Shown here one piece after another: positions 20,001 through 28,183 of a stretch of 64,000 nt of DNA. Origin of the DNA: Planctomycetota bacterium (lineage in GTDB: Bacteria; Planctomycetota; SZUA-567; H5-PLA8); NCBI GenBank assembly GCA_038227875.1, contig JBBRPR010000002.1, forward strand, positions 240,169-304,168. The letters run 5' to 3'. Every line of letters starts with the position of its first letter. Position 1 is the stretch's first letter. The notes beneath the pieces were generated by a model. It made no database searches. It was not told the DNA's origin and saw nothing but the letters and a program-made list of their open reading frames with translations. The position numbers and the translations under genes were made by a program.

Positions 20001-21469
20001 AAGAAGTTGAAGGCGTGTCCGTTGAGTTCGCGCGTGCGATGCCGGGCATGCTCTCCGACGTTACTGCCGCGGGGTTGTTCGCTCATGAAACAGTGGACGG
20101 CAACGAGGTCGCCGGAAAGATTCTCGAGAGTGTGCGCGAAAGGCATTGGGGCGAGGAGCGCGGATCGATCGATTTCGATAAGAAATTCATCACCCGCGTC
20201 CATATGAATGATCGCGGTTCACGGCTCGTGTTTATTGTGGGCATGCCTAGGGATAAAGAGACGACTCAAATCGTGGTGCAGTCGGGAGCGCTCCGCGCGC
20301 CGGGCCGTTGCCAGCTGCCCGGTGCTCGCGCGTGGTGCTGGTACAACCCGCTGGTGGATGTGACCAGTGCCGCCGACCTGGTGCAGGTAGCCGAAGATCA
20401 GAGCGGATCGTTGGAAGCTCCTGGTGTGGCGCTGGCGACGCAGGCTTGGCTCGAGAAAGCATGGACGGTGCTCGCGCGGGACGGTTGGAAGACGAAACCG
20501 TCTGTGGAATTCAAAGGTGCGATCGACTTGCATGCGCTGGCGCTGACCGCGCTGGGCCGCAGCGACGCCGCCGACGCGAAGTCTCTCGTGGATGAATGGC
20601 TGGCGCAGCGTCCGAAGATTGCAGCGTTTACCAATTTCCAACAGTGGCGCCAGGAACGGTACGAGTTGGTGCTCGTAGCCCGATCGGAAGCGATGAATTC
20701 CGCGATCCGCGCGGCATTGCTCTCCCGCTATGCGTCGTGGGATGGTGTGCGCGCCGATTGGAAGGATCTGGGCCTGGGGGCGCTGCAGCCGCCGGATCTG
20801 GATGAGGTGAGCGGCTGGCTCGCGACGGAAAAGTCCCGCACGAAAGAGCTGCTGCCATTCGTTCCCGCGGAAGCCCGCGCCACGGCGCTGGCGATGCAGG
20901 CGCTGACGGTGCGCGACGCGCTGGCACTGTGGTTCGGGGCCGACACGCAGGCCGCGAATGCCTGGCTGTGGCGGCAACCGGCGGAGACATTCGTGCCGAA
21001 AGATACGGCCTCGCTGGATGAATGGGCCGTGAATCTGCGCAAGGTCTACGGGCTCGAGATTGCCATTGATCCGCGTGCGCCATTGGTGTTGTCGCTCCCC
21101 GCGCCGGAAGAGAGGGAGACGCTGGCGCATTACGTTCAGAATCATCTGGCCGCTGCCGAATTGGTGGCCAGCGGATTCGACGCGGGCAAGAGCGTCATGC
21201 TCTCGCATATCGGCGCGGCTCCAGACAACAAGCCGACGACGCTGGATGCGAAGTTCGCACTGTCGCTGCGTGTGTTTACCTTCGGCAGCGACGCGCGACA
21301 CGTGGCGAATCTGCGCGAGGCCCTGGCGCTTCGCGGCATTCAATTGGTGGCGCCGGATTCGCCGGTGGCGTTTGGTCCCGATCTGACGCTGCGCGAGGCG
21401 CTTCAGGTTCTGGCCAAGTCGCTCAACAAGAGCGTGCGGGTCGAGAGCGATATCATTGAGCTGAAGTAG
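14003..21469 (+). CDS. Secreted alpha-2-macroglobulin-like protein, 2488 aa
   Basis: Signal peptide; MG-domain motifs 'DRPVARPGQTV', 'DRKEYRIGETA', 'VRARFSEQALW..PDNLTTFR', 'LPPELREGD'; thioester-type CPEQ at 18647-18658. Confidence 0.8.
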   Translation: MKRNCVLSVVLSVSFCCGAVFCAEGEDWNLPAPQRVAEGETLAARGEIAGAERILRQLENEAKATGSLAERTTAEARVDRLRLAVARAHVKGGSWPNALTLLNAIELEGKSPSIQRAICAATLDALKPLMLESDGQCVAPWTPLANDKFGPQQPSEALRAPYTRVDRKEAAELIAADLTAWERIETETGGVLTDSEKATAAALSPVTRTLVRYAWGVVSYETVAKAIDALPAAERRLQALRLTQLLLREHDLARAVPRLLDLEKSAKDDVSKAAAEELIRISVAYERLRTSLPMWNPGVDAAVKPYLADPAWAAKRDAIVKELDKAIGAVDLKIVLGGESAADLERGDSAPMASNRETSDVVVPADILAKAELGDHFETINPDVPDTHSTQKEKPEEKKETPEEKEARAKLDGERQKRAGEKPSRYHKLGYLAGVLRKNVLLDLDPKKAGSRETREEYELQVDHQEFMIEALGPDFQKDTSQGFRPLTPDSPLRLVILSRYHGDLDVDARRLPNREAFEKLDAGISPETIAQLPVAKNYTVPFATMLENLAPYPTKGIHEIKTHGLAPGFYVLTARARYSPVVAVTRLAVSETKVVVRHAPKEILIWTLDRITGTPHASKLKGEIKPNYIGQQAWGGAELPRRDRFDAIDATRFYQGLGDELNRNATDNADESYAAGVAEGKKLHDKFPLTPVALPTESDASGLARVEIPAGWRGHRCAIHVVADGCDVDAIHDLKDVVNEKVERVAEWVADRPVARPGQTVKIHGFVRENHNGRMIVARGGEIPLKLTAVGATLFEAKVAVDENGACDVEQIIDADTPDGLLSVQSVGVTPLCAIIGGEVATRRVRLELPAHPMQAGSRVKARAIVESAAGIPLVGIALKVQARFHHFERVAAAPLPFGEEFAVATASLKGDVQSAWNQDREVVSGLNGDVEFQIEIPDDGNMVGQVLVVAPGGRRAQASAEGRVLGLASGCVFHIDPIAEQPAGKPARLTLMARTLEGTPYTKPFQIADANGRVITTLTPDQNGRGVADVQLPPQLYMQVRPSAGDDGGWQRVSLNNQEPSAEVRGERGVLAARLDRKEYRIGETAHVYLRADRPALKVLMTTESSGVTRAQIVTITERAATVDIPIGDQDAPNATIALTALADDKVECVLLPLDVAKSERELTVQLTSNATKAEPGQTVQMTATVKDARGQAVANSSVVAAAFDVQLLSLADDPAPEFGLPFLAAGRVTHDVGWTTGFNTFSYGSAFVWLTPEWSFGPYGNDASGLGFGYGTGLGHGSFGARGSGGRRLMVMRHGGSRATVGTEPFRVRARFSEQALWSTKLTTGADGTVTFPFVVPDNLTTFRTVAYALDTRGYPGKAMLDLPVQRDVELTLDLPPELREGDRTEVALNVWNYSDTPQSVSLKPNFPLPVLSSKWISAEGAKPVPESLEIAPRSSASIAYMLDVKASALPVSFDTASNNLRFDVSATNKAGAKLDQAVFNVPLRLMGHPEHQTTQAVVREKGTVHVPFSGSFDPLRTSLTLTIRRGLRGLALDIRELQYVFPEHCPEQTLSRFVPAMVLASTLPEDQQTAEDHQKLERVLKSGIARMRTLHGAGFAPELQPLSAWYLRRLAQVPAGLEALRSNADWIKAAEYCENMIVISKGNATPDPFPVLSETAAQGPQGYGGFRSDLWTTFGASQSVYRGGAINRREVRARFTQVCQSCIEFARKHKLAPHDRALAGLLCAQLGFVDQANELLRLRLHDAEFTAPVVPEKGGAENVVPKSVWFDQQERTLAVALDVMTAVELKQPEAEILELALRLQDRQASRGAGFGTTFLNGVGLLALADAMKVTGVASKEAGSIVVSLGKFTTELPAGADVRRVTIDSAAVETAFKDGWDVSVAAPAGQLAGIAIDRTTLQPEKVGEKSADGIAESIRALRLTGTPDANTGVTLDRCLFVRPPADAATLLQQNWRPYAGQPLPLGTELLVVTKITRETGTEFVQVELPTLPGWEALTWNEEVEGVSVEFARAMPGMLSDVTAAGLFAHETVDGNEVAGKILESVRERHWGEERGSIDFDKKFITRVHMNDRGSRLVFIVGMPRDKETTQIVVQSGALRAPGRCQLPGARAWCWYNPLVDVTSAADLVQVAEDQSGSLEAPGVALATQAWLEKAWTVLARDGWKTKPSVEFKGAIDLHALALTALGRSDAADAKSLVDEWLAQRPKIAAFTNFQQWRQERYELVLVARSEAMNSAIRAALLSRYASWDGVRADWKDLGLGALQPPDLDEVSGWLATEKSRTKELLPFVPAEARATALAMQALTVRDALALWFGADTQAANAWLWRQPAETFVPKDTASLDEWAVNLRKVYGLEIAIDPRAPLVLSLPAPEERETLAHYVQNHLAAAELVASGFDAGKSVMLSHIGAAPDNKPTTLDAKFALSLRVFTFGSDARHVANLREALALRGIQLVAPDSPVAFGPDLTLREALQVLAKSLNKSVRVESDIIELK

Positions 21470-21484
21470 TCACTGTCTGTTTTT

Positions 21485-21512
21485 AACCAGGTATTAAATT
21501 TAATACCAGGTT
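21485..21512. repeat. AAATTT-centred palindrome, copy 1
   Basis: AACCAGGTATTAAATTTAATACCAGGTT, perfect 18-bp core. Confidence 0.7.
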
Positions 21513-21657
21513 CCCACGACTAAAGCTTGTCCACCAGAACGTTGACAAGCGCGTGTGCCGAGGGGTGTTTTCTTGTTGACGGTAAGCTCCGCAGGATGAC
21601 GATTACCGGTTCGGGGCGCACCGCCCCATGACTAAAAATCACCCCCAGGAGCGCAAC

Positions 21658-22533
21658 ATGTCACAGTTGGACATTCGTATCGGCACGCTGGCCGGAATGG
21701 ATAAAGGCGCGGCGTACCTGAAACAAATCATCCCACACGGCTTCGAGAGCTTCTCCATGACGTTCTGGGAGAAGATCGGCGACATCAACGTCGAAAAGAC
21801 CGCCAAGGAAGCGCGCGAAGTCTGCGGCGACAAGGCGATCATCAGTTCGATCGGGATGTTCGGCAACCCGCTGCAGAACGAAAACACGGCTAAGGATTTC
21901 GCGCGCTGTATCGACAACGCTCATCTCTTCGGCACCAATCTGGTCTGCGGATTTGCCGGCGCGATCGAAGGCAAGCCGCTGCCGGAATCGATGCCGCAGT
22001 TCAAGAAGGTGTGGGGCGAGCTGGCCAAGCGCGCGGAGAGCAAGGGCGTGCGCATCGCGTTTGAAAATTGCGACATGGGCGGCTGGTGGCACGACGTCAA
22101 ATGGAACGTCGCTCATTCCCCGACCGCGTGGGAAATGATGTTCAACGAAGTGCCGAGCGACGCGCTGGGCCTCGAGTGGGAGCCCTGCCACCAGATGGTC
22201 TCGCTGATCGATCCGCTGCCGCAGCTGCGCAAGTGGGTCAACAAGGTCTTCCACGTTCACGGTAAGGACGCGACAGTGGCGTGGGAAGTGATCAAGACGT
22301 CGGGCATTCGCGGCGGCAAGCCGTATGTCTGGCACCGCACGCCGGGCTTCGGCGACACGAACTGGACGGATGTGATCAGCATCCTGCGCATGGGCAAGTT
22401 CACGGGCAGCATCGACATTGAAGGCTGGCACGACCCGATCTACCGCGGCGATCTGGAAATGACCGGGCAGGTCCACGGTTTGAACTATCTGAAGAACTGC
22501 CGCGGCGGTCCGTATATTCAGAATCCGAAGTAA
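21658..22533 (+). CDS. Sugar phosphate isomerase/epimerase (xylose isomerase-like TIM barrel)
   Basis: 'IAFENC', 'EWEPCH', 'HVHGKD', 'PGFGDTNW', 'IDIEG'; AGGAG RBS before ATG 21658. Confidence 0.88.
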   Translation: MSQLDIRIGTLAGMDKGAAYLKQIIPHGFESFSMTFWEKIGDINVEKTAKEAREVCGDKAIISSIGMFGNPLQNENTAKDFARCIDNAHLFGTNLVCGFAGAIEGKPLPESMPQFKKVWGELAKRAESKGVRIAFENCDMGGWWHDVKWNVAHSPTAWEMMFNEVPSDALGLEWEPCHQMVSLIDPLPQLRKWVNKVFHVHGKDATVAWEVIKTSGIRGGKPYVWHRTPGFGDTNWTDVISILRMGKFTGSIDIEGWHDPIYRGDLEMTGQVHGLNYLKNCRGGPYIQNPK

Positions 22534-22548
22534 GAGAAAGTGAATCGG

Positions 22549-22582
22549 CCGGCCCTCTCTGAATCAGAGAGGGCCGGTTTTT
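22549..22582 (+). terminator. Intrinsic terminator between convergent genes
   Basis: CCGGCCCTCTCTGA / TCAGAGAGGGCCGG stem followed by TTTTT. Confidence 0.8.
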
Positions 22583-22589
22583 ATACGCC

Positions 22590-23762
22590 TTAAACCGCCG
22601 CCACCTGAACCTGCCCCAACCGCTTCTCCCAACCCGTCTGATGAATATTCAAATACGCCGACTGCTCGTAGGGATGCGCAAGCGCGACGTCCACATTCAG
22701 ATCCACGCCAAGTCCCGGCGCGTCCGGCAGCGAGAGGTGGCCGTTTTCCGGATTGATACGCGGCGACCACGTGACCAGGTCGCGCGCCCACGCGTCGTTG
22801 AAAGAATCGAAGTGCTCCTGGATGAGAAAATTGGGCACGCACGCCGCCAGTTGCAGACAGACAGCCGTCGCCACGGGCCCGCCGCTCTGGTGCGGCGCGA
22901 TGAAACTGCCGTGGGCCAACGCCAGATGCGCGACTGCCAGCGTGTTTCCGATTCCGCCGAGCGACATCGGTTCGGGCTGGAAGATGTTCACCCCGCCGGC
23001 GGCGGCGAGCGTGTAGAACTGGCCGACGGTGTCGTACATTTCGCCCGTGGCCACGCGGATCGGCGAACGTTTCGCGACTTCGTTGGCCGGTTCTTCGCGC
23101 TCGCGGGTCGTCGGCTCTTCCCACCAGTAGATGCTCAGCGGCGCGAAGCGTTCGGCGACGCGGACAGCTTCGGCGGCGGTGAATCGGGCGTGAACGTCAA
23201 TGAGAATGCGGAAATCGCGGCCCAGTTTTTCACGCAGGGCTTTGACGATGTCGTAGGACAATTGGAGGTCGTCGTCTTCAATGAAATTCTGCGCAGTGCC
23301 GAAGGGGTCGAGCTTCAGCGCGTGGAAGCCCTTTTTCACGACCGCGTCGGCGGCCTTGCAGAAATCGGCGGGCGTGCGTTCGGTGCGGTACCAGCCATTG
23401 GCGTAGCCAAGGACCGACTTGCGGATCTTGCCGCCGAGCAGCTGATAAATCGGCACACCCAGCGACTTGCCGAGAATGTCCCAGCAGGCGACTTCGATCG
23501 CGGCCATGGCGGTGCGGTGGATGTGGCCGCCGTCGAGCGAGACGCTTTCCATCAGGCGCTTGGCCAGCGCTTGGACTTGGCGCGGATCCTGGCCGATGGC
23601 GAGGTGTTCGAGTTCGCGCACCGCGGCTTCAGTGGTCTTGATGAAACCGTTGAGCGTGCCTTCGCCGATGCCGTGAATGTCCTGGTCGGTGTGAACTTTG
23701 ACCAGGAGCCAGTTCTTCCAGCCAGCTCCGACGGCGAACGTTTCGATCTGCGTGATTTTCAT
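22590..23762 (-). CDS. Mandelate racemase/enolase superfamily acid-sugar dehydratase (galactonate/gluconate dehydratase-like)
   Basis: 'IEVACWDILGK..GVPIYQLLGG', 'YANGW', 'KLDPFG', metal ligands in 'DVHAR', 'EEP', 'TGE'; start ATG 23762 with AAGGA. Confidence 0.88.
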   Translation of the reverse strand: MKITQIETFAVGAGWKNWLLVKVHTDQDIHGIGEGTLNGFIKTTEAAVRELEHLAIGQDPRQVQALAKRLMESVSLDGGHIHRTAMAAIEVACWDILGKSLGVPIYQLLGGKIRKSVLGYANGWYRTERTPADFCKAADAVVKKGFHALKLDPFGTAQNFIEDDDLQLSYDIVKALREKLGRDFRILIDVHARFTAAEAVRVAERFAPLSIYWWEEPTTREREEPANEVAKRSPIRVATGEMYDTVGQFYTLAAAGGVNIFQPEPMSLGGIGNTLAVAHLALAHGSFIAPHQSGGPVATAVCLQLAACVPNFLIQEHFDSFNDAWARDLVTWSPRINPENGHLSLPDAPGLGVDLNVDVALAHPYEQSAYLNIHQTGWEKRLGQVQVAAV

Positions 23763-23773
23763 GCGATGTCCTT

Positions 23774-24769
23774 TCAAGAAAGCGCGGAGACAGCCGCGGC
23801 AGCGATGCTCTCGGCGTCCATTTTGTAATGTTTGATCAAGTATGGAATCGATCCGCTCTCGCAGAAGCAATCGGGAATGCCGATGCGACGGAGCTTCACC
23901 GCGATGCCGGCATCGACGAGCGTGTCGGCGACGGCGCTGGCGAGACCGCCGGTGATGACGTGATTTTCCGCGGTGACCAGCGCCTTCGTGCGTTTCGCCA
24001 GCGCGAGGACCGCGTCGCGGTCGAAGGGTTTGATCGTGCCGAGGTGGAGCACCGACGCGCGAATGCCTTGCGCATGGAGTTGCTTCTCAGCGTCGAGCGC
24101 TCGGCCGGTCATCAAGCCCGTGGAGATGATGCCCACGTCGGCGCCTTCCGTCAGTAGCTGACCTTTGCCCAGCGTGAATTGATATTTTACTGGATCGAGC
24201 ACGATTGGAACCTGTCCCCGCAGCAAGCGCATGTACACCGGGCCCGGGTGCGCCGCGATGGCGGGAATGACTTGCGACAATTCCGTCGCGTCGCACGGAT
24301 CGATCACCGTGAGGTTCGGGATCGAGCGCATCAGCGCGAGGTCTTCGATGCCTTGATGCGTGCCGCCGTATCCCGTCGTGAGTCCCGGCAGACCCGCGAT
24401 GATCTTGACGTTCGCTTTTCCCAGCGCCGCGCCGATGGCGATAAAATCATACGCGCGGCGCGTGGCGAAAACGCAGTACGTCGTCGCGAAGGGAATCAGA
24501 CCCGTGCGCGCGAGGCCCGCGGAGATGCCGATCAGATTTTGTTCAGCCATGCCGACTTGATAGAAGCGTTCGGGAAAGCGCTCCGAGAAAATATGCATGT
24601 CCGTGTACTTGCTGAGATCGGCGCTCAAGCCCACGATGCGGCTATCGGCTTCGGCGGCTTTGACCAACGCATGTCCGAAAGGCGCAGTGGCCGTGGCACT
24701 CGCGCCGGTCGTGTCGGAGGTCAGAATGTTGCCGGTGACTCCGCGGTTGGTGGAAAGAGTGGCGGTCAT
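23774..24769 (-). CDS. Transketolase-like protein, C-terminal (pyrimidine-binding) subunit
   Basis: 'GMAEQN', 'RAYDF', 'GGTHQGIED', 'HLGTIKPFD', 'AENH..GGL'; ATGA overlap with upstream gene. Confidence 0.9.
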   Translation of the reverse strand: MTATLSTNRGVTGNILTSDTTGASATATAPFGHALVKAAEADSRIVGLSADLSKYTDMHIFSERFPERFYQVGMAEQNLIGISAGLARTGLIPFATTYCVFATRRAYDFIAIGAALGKANVKIIAGLPGLTTGYGGTHQGIEDLALMRSIPNLTVIDPCDATELSQVIPAIAAHPGPVYMRLLRGQVPIVLDPVKYQFTLGKGQLLTEGADVGIISTGLMTGRALDAEKQLHAQGIRASVLHLGTIKPFDRDAVLALAKRTKALVTAENHVITGGLASAVADTLVDAGIAVKLRRIGIPDCFCESGSIPYLIKHYKMDAESIAAAAVSALS

Positions 24770-25632
24770 TGGGCTGCTCCTGATTCCAATTGAGCTCGGG
24801 CGATCGCCCACTCGTCGGGGCTGACGCGGATGAAGTGATTTTTCTCACGCTGCTCGAACAGTGGAACGCCTTTGCCCATCAGTGTGTCGAGGACAATCGC
24901 GTGCGGCTTGTCGGCGACGGTTTTGCACGCGTCGAGCGCAGCGAGCAGCGCGGCGATGTCGTTGCCGTTAATGCGCTGCGTGTGCCAGCCGAACGCGCGC
25001 CATTTCTCGTCGACGGATTCGACATTCATCACGCGCGCCGGCGGTCCATCGGCCTGCTGGTTGTTGCAGTCGATGAATGCAAAGAGATTGCCGAGACGGT
25101 AGTGCGCGCCGGCCATCGCGGCTTCCCACGTGGAGCCTTCCTGCAGTTCACCGTCGGAGAGCAGATTGAAAATGCGCGGAAAGCCTGCGCCGCTCTCGGT
25201 GCGCGGCAAGCGCCGCACCCCCAGCGCCATACCGATGGCCTGCGACAGGCCGTGGCCCAGTGAGCCGCCCGTCATTTCGAAACCAGGTGTGACTTCGCTG
25301 CCCGACATTTCCAGGCGAGAACTGTCGGCACCATACGTGTCGAGCTCCGCCAGCGGAATTACGCCGGCTTCGGCCAGCGCGGCGTAAAGGCCGATCGAGT
25401 AGTGACCGATCGAAAGCACGAAGCGGTCGCGCGCGGGCCAAACGAGATTCTGCGCGTCGTAGTTCATCTCGCGGAAGTAGAGTACTGCGAGCAGATCGGC
25501 GATGCCCAGGCCCTGCCCGACGTAGCCTTGGCCCACGATCTCCGCCATGTGCAACACGTGGCGTCGCAGATTCTTGGCGTGCGCCTGAACGTGCGCGATT
25601 TCCGTGGCGCGATCGGTGAGTGTCGAATTCAT
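24766..25632 (-). CDS. Transketolase-like protein, N-terminal ThDP-binding subunit
   Basis: 'RDRFVLSIGH', 'GGSLGHGL', ThDP motif 'SDGELQEGSTWEA...N', 'TLMGKG'. Confidence 0.9.
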   Translation of the reverse strand: MNSTLTDRATEIAHVQAHAKNLRRHVLHMAEIVGQGYVGQGLGIADLLAVLYFREMNYDAQNLVWPARDRFVLSIGHYSIGLYAALAEAGVIPLAELDTYGADSSRLEMSGSEVTPGFEMTGGSLGHGLSQAIGMALGVRRLPRTESGAGFPRIFNLLSDGELQEGSTWEAAMAGAHYRLGNLFAFIDCNNQQADGPPARVMNVESVDEKWRAFGWHTQRINGNDIAALLAALDACKTVADKPHAIVLDTLMGKGVPLFEQREKNHFIRVSPDEWAIARAQLESGAAQ

Positions 25633-26402
25633 GCGAGCTCCATTCCGCCGGAGAAATTGAAGCGCTCGGCGGTGACGTAAGCGGCTTCGGTGGATGCCAG
25701 CCAGACCGCGGCGGCGGCGACTTCCGCGGGTTCGACGCGGCGGCCCATCGGCAATCCTTTGGTGCGATCCTCTTTCAGTTCTTCCGTGGTCTTGCCCGTG
25801 ACCTTTTGCAGATCGCGTTCGAGTTCATCGATCATGCCGCCGGTCATGCGGCCGGGGACCAGCGCGTTGACGGTGATGCCCTGCGGCGCCCACGCCACGG
25901 CGGCGGAACGGACCATGCTGTCGACGGCCGCTTTGCTCGCGGCATATGAGGCGAAATTGGGGAAGCCGAGTTTTGACGCGGGGCTGGAGATGTGAATGAT
26001 GCGGCCGTACTTTTTCGGCAGCATCACTCGCGCCGCGGCCTGCATGGCGAAGAACGCGCCGCGCACGTTGACCGCGAAGACTTTGTCCCAGCGTTCGGGC
26101 GTGACTTCGAGCATGCTGTCGACGAGACAGACCGCCGCGCAGTTGACGAAGATGTCGATGCCCCCCAGGCGCGATGTCACCTGCTCGGCGGCGTCGCGGC
26201 AGGCGTTGGCGTCGGAGACATCCAGCCGCAGCGCGTGGTGCGAGCTCGGCGATTGAAGCAGCGCGACGGTAGCGGCGGCGGCCGGTTCGTTGAGATCCGC
26301 GACGGCGACGCGCGCGCCTTCGAGTGCGAAACGCTTCGCGATTTCACGGCCGAGACCGTTGCCGGCGCCGACGATCCAGGCGGTGCGATTTGCTAATAGC
26401 AT
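25629..26402 (-). CDS. Short-chain dehydrogenase/reductase
   Basis: 'GAGNGLG' Rossmann motif, 'YAASK', 'VNALVPG'. Confidence 0.9.
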   Translation of the reverse strand: MLLANRTAWIVGAGNGLGREIAKRFALEGARVAVADLNEPAAAATVALLQSPSSHHALRLDVSDANACRDAAEQVTSRLGGIDIFVNCAAVCLVDSMLEVTPERWDKVFAVNVRGAFFAMQAAARVMLPKKYGRIIHISSPASKLGFPNFASYAASKAAVDSMVRSAAVAWAPQGITVNALVPGRMTGGMIDELERDLQKVTGKTTEELKEDRTKGLPMGRRVEPAEVAAAAVWLASTEAAYVTAERFNFSGGMELA

Positions 26403-26415
26403 GAGTTCTCCTCAA

Positions 26416-26436
26416 TCGCGGACGTAACGTCCGCGA
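26416..26436. repeat. Short intergenic palindrome
   Basis: TCGCGGACGT-A-ACGTCCGCGA. Confidence 0.55.
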
Positions 26437-26466
26437 ATTCCATTTGGCATTCCGGGTAACGAGACG

Positions 26467-27273
26467 CTACGCGTTCACCGGCTGCTTGCGTTGGTGATGC
26501 AAGTCAGCGACGTGGGCTTCGTTGTCAATGACCTGCTGCAGATGGCGCATGCGGCGCGGGTTGGCGGTGTTGCGCATCAGGTCGGAATGGGTGCGCGGTG
26601 CCCACGCTGGGATGTGAATGCCGAGGTATTTCTTCAGCCCTTCGACTTCGTCCGGCGTTTTGCAGTGGCTGCCGAGATTGAGCGTAAACATGCGGCGGTG
26701 CGTGCTGCCGCCGTACGAAGCGTGCTTGGTGTTGTGATTGAAGATCGCCAGATCGCCCGGTTGAGTCTCGAGTCCGACGGCGGGAATCTCGCTGCCGTGA
26801 AGGCCGAACGCGGTCTTCGAATTTCCGACCTGGCCAGCCGCCTGCCCGAACGTGTCGTCGACATTGTGCGAGCCGGGAATCACGCGCAACGCGCCGGTGT
26901 TAAACGTCAACGGATCGAGATAGAAGGCGATTTTGATGAAGCGGACGCGGGTGTCCCACCAGCCGTCCGAATGCCAGCCGGTCTCGCCGGAGTAATAATT
27001 GCCGTCGCCGGCGAGGTAATTGAAATCGGGACCGAGAATCGATTCGGCGACGCCTTCCAGAATGGGATGTTCGAGCAGCGTGCAGAGTTTTTCGCTGCCG
27101 TCGATGAACGGCACGACGGAGGTGCGCTTCGATCCGTCGTGAACATTGTTGGTCTTGCGGTGGACGGCTTCGAACTCGCTGGTGATCCAGCCGATGTCAT
27201 TTTTCATCGCGCCTTTGACGTGCAGAAAGCCAAAGGTATTGAAAAAGTTCAGTTGCTCCTGCGACAGTTTCAT
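26467..27273 (-). CDS. PhyH-family Fe(II)/2OG dioxygenase
   Basis: 'WHSDG', 'GALRVIPGSH', 'PGDLAIFNHNTKHAS', 'RRMF'. Confidence 0.87.
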   Translation of the reverse strand: MKLSQEQLNFFNTFGFLHVKGAMKNDIGWITSEFEAVHRKTNNVHDGSKRTSVVPFIDGSEKLCTLLEHPILEGVAESILGPDFNYLAGDGNYYSGETGWHSDGWWDTRVRFIKIAFYLDPLTFNTGALRVIPGSHNVDDTFGQAAGQVGNSKTAFGLHGSEIPAVGLETQPGDLAIFNHNTKHASYGGSTHRRMFTLNLGSHCKTPDEVEGLKKYLGIHIPAWAPRTHSDLMRNTANPRRMRHLQQVIDNEAHVADLHHQRKQPVNA

Positions 27274-27304
27274 GATCGTTCTCCAAAGTCCAGTAAGATT
27301 GGGG

Positions 27305-27332
27305 TACCCTGGTACAAATTTGTACCAGGGTA
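27305..27332. repeat. AAATTT-centred perfect 28-bp palindrome, copy 2
   Basis: TACCCTGGTACAAATTTGTACCAGGGTA equals its own reverse complement. Confidence 0.8.
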
Positions 27333-27348
27333 GGTGGAATTGAATCGG

Positions 27349-28053
27349 CTACTGGCGTTCGTTGAGCGCCGCGAGGGCGATGCGGCTGTATTCCATGTGG
27401 CGATCGATCTCCGCGCCGGCGACTTTGGGATCGCGGGTGCGGATGGCGTCGAGCAATTGGCGGTGGATCGTGCGGCTGTAGTCCACGTTGCGCGGCTGAG
27501 GCGTGGTGTTGACCATCGTCGCCATGATGAATTCCTGCAGCACTTTGAACACGTTCTGCATCGGCTCGTTGGACGTCATTTCGACGAACTTGTAGTGGAA
27601 GGCAAAGTCGGCGTGAATCGAACCGAGAAAGTCCTGTCCGTCGCGATCGATCTCGGTGCAGAGGCGTTCGAGTTCGGCGAAGTCGGCATCGGTGGCGATC
27701 TCCGCTACGCGCCGGGCCGCGTAGCATTCGATCACGGCGCGAAATTCGTGGAACTTCATCAGTTCGTGCGGCGCAATGGTGAGTGCGCTGCGCAGCAGTT
27801 GAGCGCTGCCGATCAGCGCCGTGCCGCTGGCGACAAACGTGCCGCGGCCGTGCTGGACGTCGAGCAATCCCACGGTCTGCAGGCGGCCGATTGCCTCGCG
27901 CAGCACCGACCGGCTGACACCAAAGCGCTTGGTCAATTCGCCCTCGGTGGGGAGCTGATCCCCCGTGGCGAGTTTCTTTTTCGCGACGAGCGAACGGAGC
28001 TGGTCGACGACGTTGTCGACCAAAGAGGGTGTGGACGCGCGCTGAAGTTTCAT
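27349..28053 (-). CDS. FadR-subfamily GntR regulator
   Basis: 'LPTEGELTKRFGVSRSVLREA..L...G..GRGTFV' plus FCD domain 'DFAFH...N..H'. Confidence 0.92.
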   Translation of the reverse strand: MKLQRASTPSLVDNVVDQLRSLVAKKKLATGDQLPTEGELTKRFGVSRSVLREAIGRLQTVGLLDVQHGRGTFVASGTALIGSAQLLRSALTIAPHELMKFHEFRAVIECYAARRVAEIATDADFAELERLCTEIDRDGQDFLGSIHADFAFHYKFVEMTSNEPMQNVFKVLQEFIMATMVNTTPQPRNVDYSRTIHRQLLDAIRTRDPKVAGAEIDRHMEYSRIALAALNERQ

Positions 28054-28069
28054 GGCCGGCCTCCGAAAG

Positions 28070-28090
28070 ATCAGATGTCGGACGTCTGAT
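28070..28090. promoter_or_regulatory. Candidate FadR autoregulatory operator
   Basis: ATCAGATGTC-G-GACGTCTGAT (one mismatch), 16 bp upstream of the regulator start. Confidence 0.6.
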
Positions 28091-28183
28091 GTTTACCCTG
28101 CGGTTTGGCCGAAGTCAATGGGGTGGTGATAAAATTCTTCTAAGTCATTTATTTGAAATAAGATGTGTCATAAAATTAATTTA

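Noticed and set aside
28139..28167. dif/Xer-like site (TAAGTCATTTATTTGAAATAAG; weaker look-alikes near 203-228 and 40633-40658)
   Set aside because: Does not match the XerD arm consensus and no recombinase is nearby; too degenerate to call
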